Below, piece after piece: positions 23,649 to 29,407 of a stretch of 29,407 nucleotides of DNA. The stretch spans positions 1 through 29,407 of the forward strand of contig JBAXIL010000020.1 in the NCBI GenBank assembly GCA_037138355.1, given 5' to 3'. Origin of the DNA: a bacterium (GTDB lineage: Bacteria > Oederibacteriota > PGYV01 > Palsa-1178). How positions within the stretch are numbered: the first letter of the stretch is position 1; each line of letters starts with the position of its first letter. The notes beneath the pieces were generated by a model. That model saw nothing but the letters and a program-made list of their open reading frames with translations, did no database searches and was not told where the DNA came from. The translations under genes and the position numbers were made by a program.

Positions 23649-24401
23649 ATGCCATATTTTAAATATAATGATAAGAAAGTTTATTTTAATACATACGGAA
23701 AAAAGGGTCCTTATTTACTTTTGCTTCACGGTAATTCTGTGGCATCTTCTATGTTTAAAAAAGAAATCAAAAGATATTATGAAAAACACTTTAAAGTTTT
23801 TGTGTTTGATTATCCAGGACATGGCAAATCACAAAAGCTTGATGCTTTACCGCAAGATTTTTGGTTTGAAAACGCTAAGGTTGCAATTGCTTTGTTTGAG
23901 CGACTCAAAGTGGAAAGAGCTTATGTCATAGGAACAAGTGGCGGTGCTTTAGTAGGATTAAATCTATCTTTAGAAAGACCAGATTTAGTTATAAAAACTA
24001 TTTGTGATAGTTTTATAGGTGAACAAATACCAGTTGAAATGGCTGAGAAGATTAAGCAGGCGAGATTGTCAGAGAAAAACGGAGAAATGGGTTTGGCTTG
24101 GTTTATGCTCCATGGTTTTAACTGGGAAAAAGTTGTGGATATGGATACGCAAATGCTTTTACAAGCGGCAAAAACGGGACAAAAATTATATCATAAGGAT
24201 TTGTCTGAAATAAAAGTACCTGTATTATTGACAGGAAGTAAAACAGATGAAACTGTTCCTGGTATGGAAGCGTTGATAAATAACCTTAAAAAGAAAAGCA
24301 GTAATTATCAGTCCTATATATTTGATACAGGTAGTCATATGACTATGCTGACAAAGAATTATGATTTTGCGAGATTGGCTAAGGATTTTTTTAGTAGGTA
24401 A
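23649..24401 (+). CDS. Alpha/beta-fold hydrolase
   Basis: LLLLHGN, FDYPGHGKS, nucleophile elbow GTSGG, GSKTD and GSH. SD AAGGAG. Confidence 0.9.
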   Translation: MPYFKYNDKKVYFNTYGKKGPYLLLLHGNSVASSMFKKEIKRYYEKHFKVFVFDYPGHGKSQKLDALPQDFWFENAKVAIALFERLKVERAYVIGTSGGALVGLNLSLERPDLVIKTICDSFIGEQIPVEMAEKIKQARLSEKNGEMGLAWFMLHGFNWEKVVDMDTQMLLQAAKTGQKLYHKDLSEIKVPVLLTGSKTDETVPGMEALINNLKKKSSNYQSYIFDTGSHMTMLTKNYDFARLAKDFFSR

Positions 24402-24498
24402 ATCAAAACTCCGCAATAAGGTTAAACCTACCTATACATATTTTTCAATGCAAATCTTATCCTTTTATGTTAAAATCTATTAAACTAAGGAGAAAATT

Positions 24499-25116
24499 AT
24501 GATTGAAAAAATAGTTTACATTGAGCGTATTCACGCACAGGCGCCTCTTGAAAATATACTTTATCGCATGGGGTATAAAAAAGGTAAAACAGTTATACCT
24601 CAAGAGCAAGAACAAAAAACACAAGAAGCTATAAATCTTGGTAGAATGCTTTGTGATTTAAAAGGTGCTTATCTTTTCTTGAAAATTACTTCGAAATCTA
24701 CAACAAGCTTAACTCTTGAAAACGGAGTTATTATAGAGAGCGCACAGGTGGCAGAACTTTATAAAGCAAGTAGTGAAGTTCTTCTTATGGCAGCCACTGC
24801 TGGTACTGGTATTGTTGAGCGTAGGGATTTGGAAATGAAGTTAGGGAATAATGCGATTGGAGTCATATTGGATGCTGTAGGTTCAGAAACTGCGGATACA
24901 GGGCTTGATTGGATGCAGGAGTTCCTTAGTATACAACTGGCAAAAAAAGGTAGAAGTATAACAAGGCGTTTTTCTCCTGGTTATGGAGATTTAAAAATAG
25001 ATTGTCAAAAAGTGATACACGAAACACTGCAGCTTTCTAAAATTGGAATAAGTATTTCTGACAGATATATCTTAACGCCAGAAAAAAGCGTAATCGCAAT
25101 CGCAGGCGTGGTTTAA
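24499..25116 (+). CDS. Stand-alone B12-dependent methionine synthase reactivation (AdoMet-binding) domain
   Basis: LMAATAG, ILDAVGSE, RRFSPGYGDL and PEKSVIA motifs; adjacent to a MetH lacking this domain. Confidence 0.88.
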   Translation: MIEKIVYIERIHAQAPLENILYRMGYKKGKTVIPQEQEQKTQEAINLGRMLCDLKGAYLFLKITSKSTTSLTLENGVIIESAQVAELYKASSEVLLMAATAGTGIVERRDLEMKLGNNAIGVILDAVGSETADTGLDWMQEFLSIQLAKKGRSITRRFSPGYGDLKIDCQKVIHETLQLSKIGISISDRYILTPEKSVIAIAGVV

Positions 25117-25189
25117 AGCAAAAATATTTGTAAATGTTTTTTATCTGTGATACATTATTAATAATCAATTAACAAAGGGGCTGTTTATA

Positions 25190-27601
25190 ATGGCGAAAAA
25201 AATAAATGCAAAAAAGAAATTACAGGATTTAATACAAAAGGGCATTGTAGTTCTTGATGGCTCTACTGGCGTGGCTTTGCAACAGCGAGGCATGCCAAAA
25301 GGCGCTTGTCCTGAAAAATGGGCTTTTGAAAATCCTAAACCATTGATAGACCTACAAAAAGAATATGTAAAAGCTGGCTCACAGATATTATATACTTTCA
25401 CGCTCGGTGGTACCAAACCAAAGCTTGATGAGTTCGGACATGGAAAAGAAGTTTTAAAAATTAATGAAGGACTGGCTAAAATTTCAAGAAAAGCAATCGG
25501 CAAAAACGGTCTTGTGGCAGGAAATATTGGCTCTATGGGGCATTTTCCAAGACCCTTTGGTGATATGCCTTTTGAAACTTGTGTAAATCATTTTAAAGAA
25601 CAGGTAAAAGGTCTTTTAAAAGGCGGAGTGGATTTATTTGTCATAGAAACTATGTTAGACATACAGGAAGCGCGCGCCGCTTTACTCGCGTGTAAGGAAT
25701 TTTCTGATATTCCAGTTGTTGTATCTATGACCTTTGATAAAGACATGAGAACTTTGACTGGCACTGATCCAGTTACTGCTTTAATCACTTTGCAATCGCT
25801 CGGCGCGGATGTGGTAGGGGTTAATTGCTCTACTGGTCCTGCGGAAATGGTAAAAGTCATAGAGCTTATGAAACCGTATGCGAAAGTTCCTCTTTTGGCA
25901 AAACCAAATGCAGGTCTTCCAAGACTTGTAAATGAAAAGACCGTTTTTGATATGGATGCCAAAATGTTTTCTTCATATACAAAATCATTTGTAAAAGCGG
26001 GAGTCAATCTTTTGGGTGGTTGTTGTGGTACTTCGCCACTTTGTATTGCAGGGATAACAGAACAATTAGCTAAAATAAAACAAGAAAAAAATATTACTAA
26101 AAATTATTCTGCTATAACCTCGGCAAGAAAGACTGTTTTCATAGCACAGGACTTACCCGTGGTTGTTGTTGGCGAAAGAATTAATCCGACTGGAAAAAAA
26201 CAATTACAAGAAGAGCTTAAATCAGGTAAAACAGAAGAGGTAAGAAAGTTTGCTTTTGAACAAGCACAGCGCGGGGCTCAAGTGCTGGATGTTAATGTAG
26301 GTATGCCCGGTATTATAGAAAAAGATGTTATGGTAAAAACAGTAGAACTTTTGAGCTCTTTGAGCGAACTGCCTTTGTGTATAGATTCGCCTTCACTTGA
26401 AGTTATAGAAGCAGCGCTCAGGATTTATCCTGGAAGGGCTTTGATAAACTCCATTTCAGGCGAGCCAGAAAAAATGACTAAATTATTAGCCATAGCAGCC
26501 AAATACGGTGCAATGTTTGTCTTGTTGCCACTTGGTGGCAAAGGCGTACCAGAGACAGCTGAAAAAAGGCAGTTAATAGTTGATAAGGTCTTTACTGCGG
26601 CTATGAAGTTTGGATTTACTAATAAAGATATAATCATAGACGGACTTGTCATGACTGTGTCGGCAAATCAAGATTCTGCCGCAGAAACATTAAAACTCAT
26701 ATCAAACTCTTCAAAAAACGGCTTTGGAACGATAGTTGGATTATCAAATGTTTCTTTTGGTCTTCCAGAACGCGGTTATATCAATTCGGCATTTCTTGCT
26801 ATGGCAGTTGACCGCGGTTTAACAATGGCTATTGCCAATCCGTCGCTTGAACTTCTAATGAATGTAAAAGCGGCGGCAGATGTTCTCACTATGAAAGATA
26901 AGAAAAGTGAGATCTACATAAAAAGATTTGCAGAAACTCAAGGCGGTTTGGGTTCCAAAAGTTCTAAACCTGCGACGCAGGAAACTATTTATGATGCTGT
27001 GGTCAATGGTAATCCTGAGTCCATAAAAAAACTTATTGAGCAGGCATTAAAAGCCGGAGAAAAACCTTCGGATATAGTAGACAATAAATTAATTCCTGCC
27101 ATTAGTTTTGTAGGGGATTTATATGAAAAGAAAACATATTTCCTACCTCAGCTAATTGCCAGCGCAGATGCTATGAAAGCGGCATTTGTTATAGTGGAAC
27201 CTTTGTTAAAAAGCGAAGCAGGTAAAAAAATAGAAAAGAAGATTGTACTGATTGCCACTGTCAAAGGCGATGTTCACGATATAGGAAAGAATATAGTTGC
27301 GCTCATGCTTAGAAACTATGGTTTTGAAGTCATAGACCTTGGAAAAGATGTAAGTGCCACTACCATTATAAGTAAAATATCTCAAACAGGTGCCAAGCTC
27401 GTGGCTTTGTCAGCATTAATGACTACTACTATGATAGAGATGAAAACTGTGATTAACCTTGCCAAAAAGCAGGGTATAAAATGCAGGTTTATGATAGGCG
27501 GAGCCGTAGTAACCGATGCTTATGCTAAGGAAATAGGAGCAGATGGTTACTCTAAAGACGCTTATGATGCAGTCAAACTGGCTAAAAAACTCTCTGAATA
27601 A
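25190..27601 (+). CDS. metH: B12-dependent methionine synthase (homocysteine-, pterin- and cobalamin-binding domains; no activation domain)
   Basis: GVNCSTGP, KPNAGLP, GGCCGT (Zn ligands), GERINPTGKK, GLSNVSFG, ATVKGDVHDIGKN, SALMTTT, IGGA. Confidence 0.95.
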   Translation: MAKKINAKKKLQDLIQKGIVVLDGSTGVALQQRGMPKGACPEKWAFENPKPLIDLQKEYVKAGSQILYTFTLGGTKPKLDEFGHGKEVLKINEGLAKISRKAIGKNGLVAGNIGSMGHFPRPFGDMPFETCVNHFKEQVKGLLKGGVDLFVIETMLDIQEARAALLACKEFSDIPVVVSMTFDKDMRTLTGTDPVTALITLQSLGADVVGVNCSTGPAEMVKVIELMKPYAKVPLLAKPNAGLPRLVNEKTVFDMDAKMFSSYTKSFVKAGVNLLGGCCGTSPLCIAGITEQLAKIKQEKNITKNYSAITSARKTVFIAQDLPVVVVGERINPTGKKQLQEELKSGKTEEVRKFAFEQAQRGAQVLDVNVGMPGIIEKDVMVKTVELLSSLSELPLCIDSPSLEVIEAALRIYPGRALINSISGEPEKMTKLLAIAAKYGAMFVLLPLGGKGVPETAEKRQLIVDKVFTAAMKFGFTNKDIIIDGLVMTVSANQDSAAETLKLISNSSKNGFGTIVGLSNVSFGLPERGYINSAFLAMAVDRGLTMAIANPSLELLMNVKAAADVLTMKDKKSEIYIKRFAETQGGLGSKSSKPATQETIYDAVVNGNPESIKKLIEQALKAGEKPSDIVDNKLIPAISFVGDLYEKKTYFLPQLIASADAMKAAFVIVEPLLKSEAGKKIEKKIVLIATVKGDVHDIGKNIVALMLRNYGFEVIDLGKDVSATTIISKISQTGAKLVALSALMTTTMIEMKTVINLAKKQGIKCRFMIGGAVVTDAYAKEIGADGYSKDAYDAVKLAKKLSE

Positions 27602-27673
27602 AACATATATATTTCAATTTTTGTGATATAATTTTGTTGTTAAAGATTGAGGATATTTAAAGCGGAGGTAATT

Positions 27674-28531
27674 ATGAAAATTGATTACAGCTATTTACTC
27701 AATAACAAATTTGTACTTACCGACAATAATATTGAAACTACATTAGAAAAACTTCTCAGCGACAAACCCAAATTCAGTGTTTTCGGCAGATACCCCAATG
27801 AAGAACGCGAGGACTTTTATTATATAGAACAAGTTCATGTTTTAAACGCCACTATAGATATAGAAAGTCTTCCTGAAGAAATATCGAAGTTTAGAAAATG
27901 GGAAAAAGACGAGTCTGATATGTGTGAAAAGTTTGAAAAAAATATGACTGTATTATATATCCTTACACATCCTGTGACTGAAGGAATGCACCCACCAAAA
28001 ATATTTTTTATTATAGATATTCGACTCAAAGGTTATGTGGACGACAATAAGGTTATGACCATAAAGCAAGCAAGGGTTGACAGGGAAGAAATGGTTCCTG
28101 GATATAATGGCCTTAATATCTCCGCTGAATATAAAAAATACTTAAAACCTCGGATTTTGGAGATTTATAAAGAGCTTCTTTTGGCAAAAAATAATAATAT
28201 GAAAAACGCTGCGGCTTTATTAGCAGGCAGATTTATAGATGCTTATTTAACGGAAGAACATGGTATGGAAATGTTACAGCCGCTTGCTGAAAAAATAGCG
28301 GCGATAAAAGATGACAAATTAAAAAAGATATTAGATTGTGTTCACCAGACAGGGAATATTTATGCGAAGTGTCTTTGTGGAAAACATTTTAAGGAAATAA
28401 CAGATTCTGATTTGGATAAAATGATGGACTTTTTGCATTTGTTTATAGAAAACGCAATCGACCCTATGCGGTCACAGGATTTAAATAATAAAACACAAAA
28501 GGTAATGGAAATTTCAGTTGTAAAGCCTTAA
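27674..28531 (+). CDS. Hypothetical protein, C-terminus weakly DUF4145/HEPN-like
   Basis: ATG 27674 with SD GGAGG and an upstream TGnTATAAT. The helical C-terminus IYKE...AAALLAGRFID...LAEKI...VHQTGN resembles the DUF4145 pattern. The ORF looks solid but the family call is weak. Confidence 0.6.
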   Translation: MKIDYSYLLNNKFVLTDNNIETTLEKLLSDKPKFSVFGRYPNEEREDFYYIEQVHVLNATIDIESLPEEISKFRKWEKDESDMCEKFEKNMTVLYILTHPVTEGMHPPKIFFIIDIRLKGYVDDNKVMTIKQARVDREEMVPGYNGLNISAEYKKYLKPRILEIYKELLLAKNNNMKNAAALLAGRFIDAYLTEEHGMEMLQPLAEKIAAIKDDKLKKILDCVHQTGNIYAKCLCGKHFKEITDSDLDKMMDFLHLFIENAIDPMRSQDLNNKTQKVMEISVVKP

Positions 28532-28610
28532 GCTTTCTTGTTAAATAACCTCAAATATCTTTTCGCAAATTTTAATGAAATATTATCAAACTATGGGAGT
28601 TGTCAATAAA

Positions 28611-29407
28611 ATGAAAATCATTCTTTTTCTTGTTTTAGTAGTTGTAGTTTTTGCTGGGTTTGTATTGGCAGTTGAAAAAGATATGAAATTAAGTTTGAGC
28701 CCGATTTTTAGCGAGCATATGGTCTTGCAAAGAGATGTTCCACTTGAAATATTTGGTATGGCATCACCTGGCAAAAAAATTATTGTAGACATAGCAGGAC
28801 AAAGCGTAGTTGGGATTGTATCAAAAAATGGTGAATGGACAGTCAAACTTCTACCTATTACGGCAGGTGGTCCGTACGAGTTAAAAGTTATTTGTGGAAA
28901 TGAAATCATTCATTTTACAGATGTGCTGGCTGGGGATGTGTGGTTTTGTTCAGGTCAGTCAAATATGGAATGGATACTTGGAAACACATTTGATGGTGCT
29001 GATGAATTAAAAAACTTCAAGCCCCAACCTAATATAAGATTATTTTTACAACAGCAGAAAGCATTGCCAACTCCGTTAAAGGAAGCGGCAGGCGTGTGGA
29101 CTGAATGTACGGCTGATAATACAAAGACATTTTCTGCAGTGGCATATTTCTTTGCTAAACATTTACAAAAAGAAATTAATATCCCTATAGGGTTAATCGA
29201 TTCTTCTTGGGGAGGCACTTCTATAGAAATTTGGATAAAAGAAAGTCTCTTAAAAGGAAATCCTGCAACGCAACCAATAATAGATAGATGGAAAAATGAC
29301 CCTATATATGATTGGAAACATTGGAATAATGGTAATGGTATGGATTTTAGTTTGGAATTATCAGATATACGGTTTGAATCTTCAAAAGGACGAGCAAAAC
29401 CGCTTTT
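28611..29407 (+). CDS. Sialate O-acetylesterase (SASA, SGNH-like) family secreted protein, 5' partial
   Basis: Not in the ORF track. Manual translation: MKIILFLVLVVVVFAGFVLA...IFSEHMVLQRD...AGGPYEL...GDVWFCSGQSNMEW...FSAVAYFFA...PIGLIDSSWGGTSIEIW. Open to the window edge. Confidence 0.92.
   Translation, partial: MKIILFLVLVVVVFAGFVLAVEKDMKLSLSPIFSEHMVLQRDVPLEIFGMASPGKKIIVDIAGQSVVGIVSKNGEWTVKLLPITAGGPYELKVICGNEIIHFTDVLAGDVWFCSGQSNMEWILGNTFDGADELKNFKPQPNIRLFLQQQKALPTPLKEAAGVWTECTADNTKTFSAVAYFFAKHLQKEINIPIGLIDSSWGGTSIEIWIKESLLKGNPATQPIIDRWKNDPIYDWKHWNNGNGMDFSLELSDIRFESSKGRAKPL

Noticed and set aside
869..29218. Many short antisense or off-frame ORFs in the track (e.g. 869-1243, 2006-2302, 9146-9424, 20408-20875, 23668-23931, 25588-26007, 28586-28909)
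   Set aside because: They overlap well-supported genes and show no recognisable motifs.

Overview
AT-rich bacterial chromosomal window from a probably anaerobic, diderm organism (it encodes a PorV/PorQ-like outer-membrane protein). Left end: the 5' part of a type III glutamine synthetase gene on the minus strand, with a near-consensus sigma-54 promoter, divergent from a NifA-like GAF-GAF-AAA+-HTH activator. A small leaderless XRE gene with a coupled micro-ORF and an outer-membrane protein gene follow. The core is an ~18-kb hydrogen-metabolism island with two different HydABC-type [FeFe]-hydrogenase operons separated by a GT-C glycosyltransferase gene. Operon 1 (hydC, fusion, hydA) has a 1055-aa beta subunit that fuses an HndB-like Trx domain, a NuoF/HydB FMN-NADH core and a GltD/NfnB-like FAD-NADPH module that replaces the usual C-terminal 2x[4Fe-4S] ferredoxin domain. 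This is the best candidate for an undescribed system, possibly an H2/NADH/NADPH two-flavin enzyme. Operon 2 is a tetrameric Hnd-like hydC-hydD-hydB-hydA. Both operons share a cis-regulatory layout: a ~22-bp upstream motif, a consensus sigma-70 promoter, a leader hairpin with U-tract, and a Rex-like box exactly 10 nt after the U-tract. Downstream are hydG-aspA-hydF-hydE, an alpha/beta hydrolase, a split B12-dependent methionine synthase, a hypothetical protein and the 5' part of a sialate O-acetylesterase. I saw no rRNA, tRNA, CRISPR array or transposase. All calls come from reading motifs by eye; no database searches were run.
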